Source of the DNA: Macrostomum lignano
Taxonomy: Eukaryota
Direction of reading: 5' to 3'
Length of the DNA: 64,000 bases
Assembly: GCA_002269645.1 (NCBI GenBank)
Contig: NIVC01000150.1
Span: 558,001-622,000, forward strand
Shown: positions 30,040 through 42,920 of the stretch, piece after piece
How the letters are laid out: the number at the start of each line of letters is the position of its first letter
Numbering within the stretch: position 1 is the first letter of the stretch
Translations under genes and position numbers: made by a program
The notes under the pieces: generated by a model
Told to the model about the DNA's origin: nothing
Databases searched by the model: none
The model's input: the letters and a program-made list of their open reading frames with translations, nothing else

Positions 30040-31012
30040 AGAGGCGCCAAAATCGGGGTAAGAGGCGCCAAAATCGGGGTAAGAGGCGCCAAAATCGGGA
30101 TAAGAGGCGCCAAAATCGGGTAAGAAGCGCCAAAATCGGGGTAAGAGGCGCCAAAATCGGGGTAAGAGGCGCCAAAATCGGGGTAAGAGGCGCCAAAATC
30201 GGGGTAAGAGGCGCCAAAATCGGGGTAAGAGGCGCCAAAATCGGGGTAAGAGGCTCCAGTATCGGGGTAAGAGGCGCCAAAATCGGGGTAAAAGGCGCCA
30301 GTATCGGGGTAAGAGGCGCCAAAATCAGGATGAAGGCGCCAGTATCGGGGTAAGAGGCGCCAAAATCGGGGTAAGAGGCGCCAAAATGGGGGTAAGAGGC
30401 GCCAAAATCGGGATAGAGGCGCCAAAATCGGGGTAAGAGGCGCCAGTATCGGGGTAAGAGGCGCCAAAATCGGGGTAAAAGGCGCCAGTATCGGGGTAAG
30501 AGGCGCCAAAATCAGGATGAAGGCGCCAGTATCGGGGTAAGAGGCGCCAGTATCGGGGTAAGAGGCGCCAAAATTAGGATAGAGGCGCAAGTATCGGGGT
30601 AAGAGGCGCCAGTATCGGGGTAAGAGGCGTCAAAATCAGAATAAAGGCGCCAAAATCGGGGTAAAAGGCGCCAGTATCGGGGTAAGAGGCGCCAAAATCA
30701 GGATAGAGGCGCCAGTATCGGGGTAAGAGGCGCCAAAATCGGGGTAAGAGGCACCAAAATCGGGGTAAGAGGCGCCAGTATCGGGGTACAGTAAGAGGCG
30801 ACAAAATCGGGGTAAGAGGCGCCAAAATCGGGGTAAGAGGCGCCAAAATCGGGATAGAGGCGCCAAAATTGGGGTAAAAGGCGCCAGTATCGGGGTAAGA
30901 GGCGCCAAAATCAGGATAAAGGCGCCAGTATCGAGGTAAGAGGCGCCAGTATCGGGGTAAGAGGCGCCAAAATCGGCATAAGAGGCGCCAAAATCGTGGT
31001 AAGAGGCACCAA
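30040..31012. repeat. 21-bp minisatellite (ATCGGGGTAAGAGGCGCCAAA)
   Basis: Directly visible. Confidence 0.96.
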
Positions 31013-31505
31013 ACTAAAGCAAAGCAATGGATTGCCTTTAAAATAGTAACTGTGCAGCAAAGTTTCGCATGCATGCCTACTTCAGAGCGGAAACCTTCGC
31101 TCGTTATTAATAGTTCACAAGCTTTTTTAAAGAGCGTTTACTCTGTCACTCCGGCCACTCCACTTAGGTTGACAGCATAAAGTATCTATACATGAATATA
31201 TATTTTAGTTAATACGATTGGCTTGGCTTTTACAACTCGACGTAATCAACTTGCGGGGTCACTGAGCTTTCCATCTCGCCCTTCTACGAGTAGCGCTCTC
31301 TCTCTCTCTCTCTCTCTCAATAATATTTCTATTTCCTATCCTCCGCGAGGTGCTTAATTAACTGCACAATGCTCAGAACAGTCTTTCAACTGGCGCACTC
31401 TGCTCTGTACAGTAATGAATGCACTGAGCCAGGCTGTAAAATATAGTAAGTATATGTAAAATATAGTAACTATATTGTGTTTATAATTAATTCTAATTCT
31501 AGAAC

Positions 31506-33010
31506 TTCATTCAATTCTATTGTGTAGCCACACACGTAATCATGCATATTTTAGATAACAATTAATTAATTATATTCTTTCCTCGGACGTTGGCTAGATT
31601 AGCAATCCATTCTATACCATAATATCCATGATGTTGGCTAGATTAGCAATCCATTCTATACTATGGCATCCATGATTGTTGGCTGGATTAGCAATCCATT
31701 CTATACCATAATATCCATGATGCTGGCTAGATTAGCAATCCATTCTATACCATAATATCCATGATGTTGGCTAGATTAGCAATCCATTCTATACCATAAT
31801 ATCCATGATGTTGGCTAGATTAGCAATCCATTCTATACTATGGCATCCATGATTGTTGGCTGGATTAGCAATCCATTCTATACCATAATATCCATGATGT
31901 TGGCTAGATTAGCAATCCATTCTATACCATAATATCCATGATGTTGGCTAGATTAGCAATCCATTCTATACCATAATATCCATGATGTTGGCTAGATTAG
32001 CAATCCATTCTATACCACAGTATCCATGATTGTTGGCTAGATTAGCAATCCATTCTATACCACAGTATCCATGATGTTGGCTAGATTAGCAATCCATTCT
32101 ATACCACAGTATCCATGATGTTGGCTAGATTAGCAATCCATTCTATACCACAGTATCCATGATTGTTGGCTAGATTAGCAATCCATTCTATACCATAATA
32201 TCCATGATGTTGGCTAGATTCATTCAATTCTATTGTGTATTCTTCATTCAATTCTATTGTGTAGCCACACACGTAATCATGCATATTTTAGATAACAATT
32301 AATTAATTATATTCTTTCCTCGGACGTTGGCTAGATTAGCAATCCATTCTATACTATGGTATCCATGATGTTGGCTAGATTAGCAATCCATTCTATACCA
32401 CAGTATCCATGATTGTTGGCTAGATTAGCAATCCATTCTATACCACAGTATCCATGATGTTGGCTAGATTAGCAATCCATTCTATACCACAATATCCATG
32501 ATGTTGGCTAGATTAGCAATCCATTCTATACTATGGTATCCATGATTGTTGGCTAGATTAGCAATCCATTCTATACCACAGTATCCATGATGTTGGCTAG
32601 ATTAGCAATCCATTCTATACCACAGTATCCATGATGTTGGCTAGATTAGCAATCCATTCTATACCACAGTATCCATGATGTTGGCTAGATTAGCAATCCA
32701 TTCTATACCACAGTATCCATGATGTTGGCTAGATTAGCAATCCAATCTATACCACAGTATCCATGATGTTGGCTAGATTAGCAATCCATTCTATACCACA
32801 GTATCCATGATGTTGGCTAGATTAGCAATCCATTCTATACTATGGTATCCATGATTGTTGGCTAGATTAGCAATCCATTCTATACCATAATATCCATGAT
32901 TGTTGGCTAGATTAGCAATCCATTCTATACCACAGTATCCATGATGTTGGCTAGATTAGCAATCCATTCTATACCACAGTATCCATGATGTTGGCTAGAT
33001 TAGCAATTTC
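31506..33010. repeat. 44-bp minisatellite array within a ~737-bp higher-order duplication
   Basis: Unit ATCCATGATGTTGGCTAGATTAGCAATCCATTCTATACCACAGT; a unique ~85-bp head occurs at 31506 and 32243. Confidence 0.93.
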
Positions 33011-33529
33011 CCACTAGAGCAGTATGCATTAAGTTCATCAGCGTCAATCAAGCAACGGCTCTACAAAAGTGCCCGTCAATCTGGCAGCAGTGTCTGGACA
33101 CACGAGAGAAGGAATTAAGCGCTCAATCATGTTCCCCAGCCCCCAAAACAAAGGGGAGGTGCTCCCCTCCCTGGCCGCAGCTCCCAAATCGATTGTAACC
33201 CAAAGGAAAGTGTCCCAACATGCCAGAAGACATTGATGGGGATTCGAGAAAATTAATAATCGCCTTTTAAGCCTCTCTCCCAATCCCCGCGGAGTTGGCG
33301 AAGTTTTGGGTGCCCGGTCCGCAATTTCCTGGCCTGCTCAATTGCCAAGTGGTTTCTCCGCTTTCTCTCTTGGTTCCGAGTCAATGCACAATAAATGCCA
33401 AATCCGAATCAATATTCAGCCTGCTGCAGACGGCAGTGTCAACAAAATAAAACTTGCTGGCGACCAAAAACGCTTTTGGCAATACCCAGGAACCCTGAAA
33501 CAGGCATGCAGAGTGACAGGGCCATGCTT

Positions 33530-34250
33530 ACAGAGATGCTGGAAGTTACAGCAGACAGAGTGACAGAAACATCACAGAGATACTGGGAGTTACAGCAGAC
33601 AGAGTGACAGAAACATGACAGAGATACTGGGAGTTACAGCAGACAGAGTGACAGAAACATGACAGAGATACTGGGAGTTACAGCAGACAGAGTGACAGAA
33701 ACATGCTTTACAGAGATACTGGGAGTTACAGCAGACAGAGTGACAGAAACATGCTGACAGAGATACTGGGAGTTACAGCAGACAGAGTGACAGAAACATG
33801 ACAGAGATACTGGGGGTTACAGCAGACAGTGACAGAAACATGCTGACACAGAGACCCGATAGAATTACAGCAGACAGTGACAGAAACATGCTGACACAGA
33901 GACCCGATAGAATTACAGCAGACAGTGACAGAAACATGCTGACACAGAGACCCGATAGAATTACAGCAGACAGTGACAGAAACATGCTGACACAGAGACC
34001 CGATAGAATTACAGCAGACAGTGACAGAAACATGCTGACACAGAGACCCGATAGAATTACAGCAGACAGTGACAGAAACATGCTGACACAGAGACCCGAT
34101 AGAATTACAGCAGACAGTGACAGAAACATGCTGACACAGAGACCCGATAGAATTACAGCAGACAGTGACAGAAACATGCTGACACAGAGACCCGATAGAA
34201 TTACAGCAGACAGAGTGACAGAAACATGCTGACACAGAGACCTGAGAGTT
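33530..34250. repeat. 41-48-bp minisatellite (…TTACAGCAGACAGTGACAGAAACATGCTGACACAGAGACCCGATAGAA)
   Basis: Directly visible; two subtypes in succession. Confidence 0.93.
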
Positions 34251-34659
34251 ACAACACAGTGACAGAGTCAGGCCACTGACGCAACACTGTCATACATATA
34301 CGTGGGTAATCTATAATGTATATGACTATTGCAGACATTGTAAATACATTTATACACATCATGGTATTAGTAAGTCTGCACGGATATTGGCATTAACGCG
34401 GTCAGTTTTAAAATTTTGCACTACCGCTGTAGCACTCCTGCATGAGTGCCCGGGCAGTGCATATACGAACTAGTTATGACCGAAGCGATTCCGTAGTCGT
34501 CGTACGTACGTATAAGCAGCATGCCAGCACTGCTAGCACATGATCCGTATTTGTATACACTTTTATGTTCTGTCTCTATTTATGAGGATGTGGGGGATAT
34601 AAAATCCGCCTGCTGTTCAGCATTTTGGGTCGCAAAATTTGAAGGAAGAAGAGAGGAGA

Positions 34660-35185
34660 GGAGGGGAGCATAAAAGGGAGGGAAGACGTGAGAACTGGGC
34701 ATGAAGAGACGAGAACGATGAAATAATGAAAACAAGAGAGAAAATGCGGACGCAAATGACTGGATTAAGAGGGGAGAAGGAGAGGGAGAGAGGGGAACGG
34801 AGACGGAGAGTGAGAAGAAAAGAGAAAGACAGGGAGAGGGAAACCGGGAGAGGGAATAGGGAGTGGGAGACGGGAGGGGTAGACAGGGAGGGGGAGACAG
34901 CTGGGAGGGGAAGACGGGGAGGGGAAGACGGGGAGGGGAAGACGGGGAGGGGAAGACAGGGAGGGGAAGACGGGGAGGGGAGACAGGGGGGGGGGGAGAC
35001 AAAAACAAAATACACAGCCCCGCATGCAAGTTCACAGTTAGAGCAGGGCGTCAAACGCGTCAGACGCCGCAGAGCCTAAGAGCATAGCATAGGGAGGGGT
35101 AGACAGGGAGAGGGAGAGATACAGGGGGATAGGGAGGAGACTAGGTGAAGGACAGAGGGAGATAAAAGGAGGGAGAGTGAGAGAT
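34660..35185. repeat. Purine-rich (G/A) low-complexity tract
   Basis: Directly visible. Confidence 0.85.
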
Positions 35186-36104
35186 TTACGTGATGATTCA
35201 CACACAGATCCAATCCGCACTCAGTAACAGCAAGCTGCATGCAGTCACAGCAGTGCAGCTCTGTAGAAAATTGCATTCGAGTGCCTTACTGCACTGAAAT
35301 ACCGCATTTAGTGCTGGATCAGAAAAGCTGTCAGGCTGTCTGAGCCCTGACTGACTTTAAGCTGAGTACGCTATTTTAGGCATTTTAATTTTTATTATAA
35401 TTATTTATCGAAGCCAAAAAGGCTTGTTGTATATGTAGATGAACTTCAACGTCTGGTAAGTAAGGTAAGTGCTTTATGTAAGGTTAATAAGGTAAGGTTA
35501 GTGCTTTTAGAACTTTTTTAAACGTTTTGGTTTAAAAAAAATGAGATTTTCCGCATTGCTTACTTTTAGTAGCCCGACATTTGGCAATTTGACAATTACA
35601 ATCATGCAGTGCAGCAGAGGGCTGTGACAATTAAAATTTATTTATTCCAGGTAAAAGGGTTCCAAAATTACGGAAAAATATACAAGCAAATACTATACTA
35701 CTAGTATGATAAGTAGCGTCATGAAAGCATTTAGAATAGGTAGATGGAAGCAGCACTCAAAATATAAGCCGAAGTTATACAAGTGAACTAACTCCTATAT
35801 ACTAAAAAAAAATAATAATTAAGAGGCAACACTTCTGAAATCACGCAGATGTGAAAGTTAAAATCAGGGAATTATACATGGCAATTAGGGACAATTAGAG
35901 AATTATACATATAATGCATTGGATTCACGACTAAAAGGTTCGACAATTTGTTCCCTCGAGCAAGACACTTAACTTCTGCATTTCTTCAGTTCACCCAGCT
36001 GTAAAATGGGTGCCAGCATTAGCTGGGGTAATTGAGGGTGCGAGTGGCGACCCCCCAGTCCTTGGACTGAACAGCCAAACGCAGCCTTCAGATGCACTGT
36101 GCAA

Positions 36105-37003
36105 TAGGGAATACAAAATCCCGAGTTTTGCCAATCACGAAATCCCGACAAATTGGGCCGGGATCCCGGGATTGAAAAAGTATCTAATTTTTGTCGGTGC
36201 AATTTTGGTTTACAAAGCCATCTAACCTGATTTTAAAGGGCTTTGAATAGTTAAACTAGAACAGAATAGAATATTTTGCATACAAGAAACTGACAATGAG
36301 CTCTGAATTGGAGTTTTTACATGCCAGTTACATGCCAGTATCAGCTCAGCAAAATCACACTTGATTGTGGGGTCAGCCCTCACCCTCCCAGGGGCACCCG
36401 CCCTAGATGAAGAATTGGTAGCTTGGGTTGTGGGTGAATCGATAACAAGGTCCCACTATTCTAATCCAACTATACGGCCAAGGAGTTTTGAAGGTAGGGA
36501 CTGCTTAAAGTAGTTCTACATTATTATCAGGGGCGTAGCCAAGGGTCATGATCGCCATGACCCCCCCAGCCGGCTGATCCAGGCCAAATTTTCAGGCCCC
36601 CTCCCCCGTCGCAGAGGCCTAGCACCCCCTGCCCCCGGTTGCCGCTGTGAGCCTGTGACTGACTGTGACCCCCCCCCCCCCCCAGAAGGAAATCCTGGCT
36701 ACGCCACTAATTATTACTCCTTAAATACCCTTACGACATGCTAACAGCTTCTTTTTTGTATCCCTGCAGCCCTATAGCCTTCTACTCACTAGCCTGAGCC
36801 CTGTATGCTTAAAAGATTAAGAAATCAAAGTAGGACAACTGGTTTATGATTTTCCGCTGCAGATACTACTACTCGAGAATGAATGATTGAATTATTGCAA
36901 ACCGGGATCGGGATCCCGATAGTCAATCCCGGGATTTTCGAATCCCGGACTATTGTGATCCTGGGATTTAGGCCTAATCAAAATCCCGGGATTGTATTCC
37001 CTA
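36105..37003. mobile_element. Non-autonomous hAT-like transposon (899 bp)
   Basis: TIRs TAGGGAATACAA / TTGTATTCCCTA; perfect 8-bp TSD CTGTGCAA (36097-36104, 37004-37011); subterminal ATCCCGGGA repeats. Confidence 0.9.
36528..36709. mobile_element. ~185-bp MITE nested in the hAT element
   Basis: Ends CAGGGGCGTAGCC / GGCTACGCCACTA; near-TSD ATTATTAT/ATTATTAC; same family as 49158-49345 in opposite orientation. Confidence 0.88.
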
Positions 37004-37092
37004 CTGTGCAATGCAATAGCTGCGGCTGAGCTGTCAGTTGCACATCTGCCCACTATAGCAGGTGTAATAAAAATATGGCAATTAGATACAAT

Positions 37093-37550
37093 CACAGATA
37101 CTAAAATAACTAGATGGGTTACTGAGGCATATATATTGCAATACTTAGTAAAACAGCTTTCTACTTTCAGTTCAGTAGCAAAGAAGAATACATAAGCTAT
37201 TTTATAAGAATAAAGGCAGCTGAAATGACTTTGATAAGTTTAGAAGCCAAGCTTGCAGGCATAAACAACTTGCTAATTGGTTCAGCAATAATGTACATTG
37301 GCCAGTCCACTGAAGTGTACATGGCTTGACTTAGTTGACTTGGCAGCTTTAGTCTGGAATTCTGAGAAAGGCAATAAAATTGGGGCAGGTGGGGTAGTGT
37401 GGAAGAGCGCGGTTGGAGGGTTTAAGCTGAAGGGTAAGAGCCAATAACTTTAAAATACATTAAAATGCTTCTGTTTAACTTACTACTGAACTGAAAGTAG
37501 ATTACACGCAAATGTGCTGAGTGGCCCATCTAGTTATTCTAATATCTGTG
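37093..37550. mobile_element. MITE-like dispersed repeat, copy B
   Basis: TIR CACAGATACTAAAATAACTAGATGGG / CCCATCTAGTTATTCTAATATCTGTG; matches 17683-18110. Confidence 0.82.
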
Positions 37551-37674
37551 GATATGATTAGGGAATTACACGAAATTACAAGGTTTTAAGGCGATATCCT
37601 TATCATTAGCACTGTAACATATTTAGCACGAGTATGAATTCAAATCGAATCAATCAAAAGGTTTAATTAACAGA

Positions 37675-38157
37675 TCACCCAATCGGATTGACCACCCGAA
37701 ACCTGCCAATATTTCGCTTGCATCGGTCAAATGCTTCATCTGTGAGCCTGCAGGACAGCGCAAAATATGTGGCATTGTTACTCAGCATCCGGTGGTCAGT
37801 TTCTCCAATCCGATCCCTAGCCAGCTTCACTGTCTCCTCATCCGGTCTGCAATCTGCCAAGTTAAATCTGTACAATCGAAAGTGACCATTGGCTGTATTG
37901 GTAGAATCCAGAGTTATATTCTCTTGTAGCACAGAGATTGCTTCAAATAGGTCTCGACGTCCATAGTGAATAACTCGAACTGTCACTGGGGGGCTGTCCT
38001 CTGATGAGTCAGACTCCAGGCTGGATAAAATGCTCTCAACTAAGTAGGGATGCCAGAACATGTAATAGGAGTTCTCAATGATGTCGCCTGGTTTTAGTGC
38101 TCGGGCCAGCTCCATAGTGAGGTTAACTAGCTGATAGGGTGCATCAGCATCTGCCAT
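37675..38157 (-). CDS. LRAT/PLAAT (permuted NlpC/P60) family protein, intronless, catalytic Cys absent
   Basis: LKPGDIIE..Y..FWHP, VIHY, LYRFN, EETVKLARDRIGE, LSNNATYFALSCR (family consensus NNCEHF..CR). Confidence 0.82.
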   Translation of the reverse strand: MADADAPYQLVNLTMELARALKPGDIIENSYYMFWHPYLVESILSSLESDSSEDSPPVTVRVIHYGRRDLFEAISVLQENITLDSTNTANGHFRLYRFNLADCRPDEETVKLARDRIGETDHRMLSNNATYFALSCRLTDEAFDRCKRNIGRFRVVNPIG

Positions 38158-39699
38158 TGTGTTGGGCCTGACATGAATTGGTTTGTATATTTATATAACA
38201 AATACTTGCTTCAGTATGTCAGTGGTGGCAACAATGCCCTTTGAAACTCAATAATAGCAATCTGGAATGCTCAAGGCTTATCTTTGCTTAGCTTAATTCC
38301 CTACCCTCTTTTCTTATCTCTCCTTCCAACTTCTCTAATCTCTCATTCTATTTATCCTTAAATAGGCTATAATTAGATACTTCAGTAAAGGTCCCATGAC
38401 TTGCCAATACAATATAGTTATAGATGCATTAGGCCTAGGCAGATTTGCATAATAAGTACGGCTCTTTGCAAAAATTACTAGGGAAGAAACCTTTTATAAA
38501 TATACTAAGTATATCTAGTTTTCATTGATAGGCCCTATGATAATGAAATTGTCATATTTTTTTATAGAAAATGCTTATTAAAAATTGTGATATAGTATAG
38601 TTATATTTATAGTTATACTTATAGGTATAGTCATAGAAAATTAGGGGTTTTGTATTTTCAAAATAAACAAGGCCTAAACCAAGGGTAGGGCCTAAATTAT
38701 AGTTTGAAGTCATTATAAAATTCAAAGCTTAAATATAATTTTTTTTCAATTCTTGGTCAACCCACCAACCTTTTGTCTTATATTGGCTTAAAATTTTGAT
38801 AAAACTTTCATTTTTTACTCTTTTTAGAAGGTTCAATTTGTTGCCCATAGTAAGGCTATAGAAAAAAAGCAAAAAGTCTACAAGACTAAAAACATATAAA
38901 AGTTATGACATGCAGTTTAGGCCTAAAGGCTAACTTTCTGCAGATCTTGATTTTTGCTATAAAGGTTTTGCTATCTATTTTTATTATTCTCTTATATTAT
39001 TAGATTAAATTGTATATAGATGGGCCTAATAGAAAAACAATGATATCATGCATAGAAACTGGTTTAAGTAGGCCTTAAGGTTTAAGTTTAAGTAGTATTA
39101 AAACATCAAAGTATGAAAAGATTTCTAAGTTTTATTAGGCTATGGTATTTTTTACTCAGGCAAAGGCAAGTTTCAAAAGTAGAGTAAAAATATCTAGATC
39201 GTAGGTTGCAGAGCTAAAATTATAACATAAATGGTTATCTACTAGAATAGGCCTAATGATTTAGTTTTTCTCACAAAGGAAATGATGACTCAAGAATCAA
39301 GATTTAAATTTCAAGAATAAAAGGGTTTACTTTATACGATCTTCATTAGACAAGAGCATAAAAAAGCCAACAGAAAACTGGGCAGTTTGTTGTGTCAACA
39401 GAAAACACAGGAAAAGTGCCAACTAGCTAACGATTTCAGTTCTATTTAGCTAGCCAGAGTACACTTTACGTTGCATACTCAGACCATACCCAATACAAAT
39501 AGACCTAACCTAAACGTGTTTCCTTTTCTTTCTAAAACACCCTCACTTCACTTAATGTACGCTAAATAGATTAAAAATGTGCCTGCGCTTATGTTTTTTA
39601 AACGTCGCGTCTCACTATAAAGAAATATACTTCGTACGTACTCCCAGGGCTATCTTATCTTGTAAGCTGAAGGGAAGGACTGAGTGAGCTATTAGCATG

Positions 39700-41800
39700 A
39701 CGGATAACGCAAGCTAAATAATAGGATGGGATTTTTCGGATAGGAAAGGGAACAGTGAAAGTCGAGCTAATTAATCCGCAACCCCACCAGCAGCAGAAGG
39801 AAGGCAAAAACGGCGGGATGGGCAGCGAGCATGAAGCAACGAAACCCCGCGACCCCAACCCCGAAAAGAAGAAAAAGCGGGGAAATAATTAGGGTTAGCT
39901 AATAGAAACAGCATATTTCGCTGGATCGCAGAACGCCCGCGGGCAAAAGCTGCATCGTCCGAGAAATAGCAGAAAACGGAGTTGGAGCGCCAGTCACCTG
40001 CATTAGGCAACGGATGTCGGGCACGAAGAGACCAACCCCGCAAAGTGGCGCTGGCTCCGCCCCTGCGCAGACCGCCGCCTGAGAAGTTGCCCTCAGAATG
40101 CCTCATATCGACAGGCCCCGCTAAAGCAGACAGATTAAGGTCAATTAGGCAGCAAACGGGACTCTGCGGGCACCTGCATGCAGGGCAGAGAAGAGTGGCT
40201 GTTGCGGCTCGACAACCTGGTTCCCACACGCAGACGATCGTGGCGAGGGCAGAAACTGGGCAGGTCGGTGGGCGTCGGGGCATTGCGGAAGGAAGACCAG
40301 CAGCTGATGCTCCTTGAACTGGTTGGTCTTGGACTTGCCGATGGTCAGACGAAGGCCGCCGGGGCAGACAGACAGCGCACTGTAGCGCAAAACAGCGCCA
40401 GCGGTAGATGTAGGCAGCTCGCCCAGACGAAGGACGCCCCATGCACCAGGCGACCAGCAGCGCAGCCTTGAAAGCCACGAGAGGAGATGCCGGGCAGAAA
40501 TTGCTGAAGCAGAGGGCTGTTGCAGAGCAGGCAGAGATGATGCGGCTGCAGTGGCTCTGCCCTGTTGGCCGCTGCCTGCTTTAGTAGGCGTCGGGCTCCA
40601 AAGGCCAGACGAGAGCCAGTCGGGCGTTGTCATTGGTAGGATCCGGTGCTGCCGTCGCCCTGTGAATGAAGGACACAGCTAGCGCTGAGGCTGGTTTGCA
40701 AGCTTTGATGAGTAGGAGGCGCCGCCTCTCTCCAATAAAAAGGCGGTGAAGTTGTAGATGTCCGACTTCGATGCGATCGTGGGGAAAACCCGCTGCTGTC
40801 TACAGAACTCACTCCAGAGTCGCAGGTGGCTGCAGCATACGATTTCCGGGTGCTGGGTGCGAAAGGCGGCACAGGGTGGGCACGGACACGGCGGGGCGGT
40901 GGGGCGCGGCTGCGACCTGTAAAAGGAGGGTGATAGGGACGCGGCAGAGATAGTGTGCGAGACAAACTCAGTAAAATAGACACTCAGAGAGCCATAGTGG
41001 CGAAAGCAAAAGTTCACGAGGAGCTCATGTTTTGAGCACAGCATCCGAGATGCAGAGTCGCTAGTGATCTGTCGATAAGCGAGCCAGGCCGGATGTGACG
41101 CACCAGATCCTGCACGGAGGAGAATCTCAGACTCCGCTTCTGCTCATAACTTCGTTGACCGAACAGCCGGAAGGACTGGAGAGAGATTGTGAATGATCCG
41201 TCGAACGCTGCCGTCAGACTTATAGGAATTGCGCCGATAGCATTCACCATGACGCGTCCGCTAACGGGTTTTAAGCGGTCAAGGCGGAGCTCTTCGGAGA
41301 GTTAATTGCTTGTCAACCTGGTCGCCATAGTCAGTTGGCAGAGTGCGTGAAGGCAGACGGAGGCTTGTTGATGAGGCAAAAGGCGTTATGAAGGCTTCGG
41401 AGGAATTTTTCGGAGGAATCTCTCGTCTGGTTCGTTGTGGAGCAGAAGATTCCAATAAGCCAGGTTCATGTTGGCCGACAGCACCCGATGCGTGGAGGCG
41501 GGTCGAGGCGACGAGCAGGGGCGATCGGGAATGCAAACAATGGGATGAGGACGGCGGGTGAGAGATAAAAGCATTATGGGTATAAAATAAATCTAGTTCT
41601 TTGACCCCGCCGCATCGTTGCTGTGACGATGCAGAATTGGGCGGGATGCGGCTTGCTACCCGTTTTGTGTTGTTTACGAGGTAACACTGAGAGAATGGCT
41701 TATTTAACGCGTATAAAGGTGGAGTAGTAGAACCAGAATGACCATTAAATACTCTGTACCCACTATCCTGTTCCCCTTCACCTTCACACAACTATCGATT
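39700..41800 (-). mobile_element. Decayed DIRS/Ngaro-type tyrosine-recombinase retrotransposon
   Basis: Frameshifted fragments in RT-RNaseH-YR order: KELDLFYTHNAFISHP (RT-like), GCCAQNM (RNaseH-like), APSTRKSY, LRLGE...LTIGKSKTNQF, LRRGGAS and GDWRSNSVFCY (YR). Confidence 0.8.
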
Positions 41801-42141
41801 TTTTGGTGGTACCAAGCTGGGACCATTTTTTCCACAGAATTTTTGTCAAAAAACACGCCGAGGGGATCATATCCAGTCTAGCTATAGATACAATCCGTGG
41901 TCTGTCTGTGCTCCGCCATCCCCAGTGTTCCCCATTTCTGCCCCCCCTCATATGGCCACCAGCCACAACCAATCGATAACTTGTGTGTGCTTTGTACGCT
42001 TTATGCCAGGCGTTTCAATTCTCACTCCCCATGTCACACTCTACGCCACTGCACTGGCTTCAAGGCCCTTAAAACCCCTAGCTTCAGTGCAAAGGAGAGG
42101 AAGCGCTCGATCTAGTAAATCATTTTCACAAGTGAACTACG

Positions 42142-42920
42142 ATGGAAGTAAACAAGCAAAAAATGGAATCCGACTGTAATAGCAGATTACAGAAGAGGCG
42201 AATCGAAGGCCAGTTCTGCTGCGCCCCGGGATGCAGAAATTCCTCAAAGAATACACGCGGCCTTAGCGTTTCGTTTCACGCTTTCCCCAAAGACGAGGAC
42301 AGGAAAACCAAATGGTTGGCAGCGCTGAACAGGAAAGACTTCAAGCCATCCGCTTCCTCCAAACTATGCTCTGAGCATTTCGTGCTGGATTGCTTTAAAG
42401 AGCAGATGGAAGGCTTTCAGCCAAGTACCAGAAAGAGGCTGTATCCGAATGCTGTGCCGTCAATCTTTACGACTTCATCCGCCATGCGCCGTAGAAGTAA
42501 GCATGAGCAGCAGGGTGCAAAATATCGCTTCGAGAAATAGAGTTCTCAGTCTTCACGGAATCAGAGGATCGTAGCCCAGCTTGTTCCTTTATTGTTAGTG
42601 CAAAACAACCTGATAAAATAAAGAAGTCCAAATCAAATATTTGCTTCCCCGAGCCAGAAATATTCAACGAAAATACAGTCAGAGCTGAAATTTCACCTCG
42701 ACAGACAACTGGCATTGGTGATGGTAAGTTGAAGTACATCCTTTTAGTGCTAAATGTGGACATATTTTTCATGCTCCATCTTATAACCATTACAGAATCA
42801 TATGTTTTTGAATTACCCTCGAAAAATTGTAGAATATTTATATTTTCATTTTCCAATTGTTTGATTATTCTGCTTCGATTCACTCATTATTCAATTTCAA
42901 CAAGCTTGAGCTATAGCTAG
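42142..42920 (+). CDS. THAP zinc-finger domain protein
   Basis: C-x4-C...FH.FP...W...LCSEHF...AVPSIF in exon 42142-42496 (donor GTAAGC). Probable exons 42541-42723 (44-nt intron, donor GTAAGT) and 42796-42920 join in frame. No transposase domain seen. Confidence 0.8.

Larger units (their letters stand above)
35930..37055 (+). mobile_element. CORE-type SINE split by a later insertion (5' part to 36104, 3' part from 37004)
   Basis: The two parts joined reproduce the reverse complement of 15339-15597. Confidence 0.8.

Noticed and set aside
33020-33520. Unique GC-richer block with short ORFs on both strands
   Set aside because: No recognisable motif or matching splice pair.
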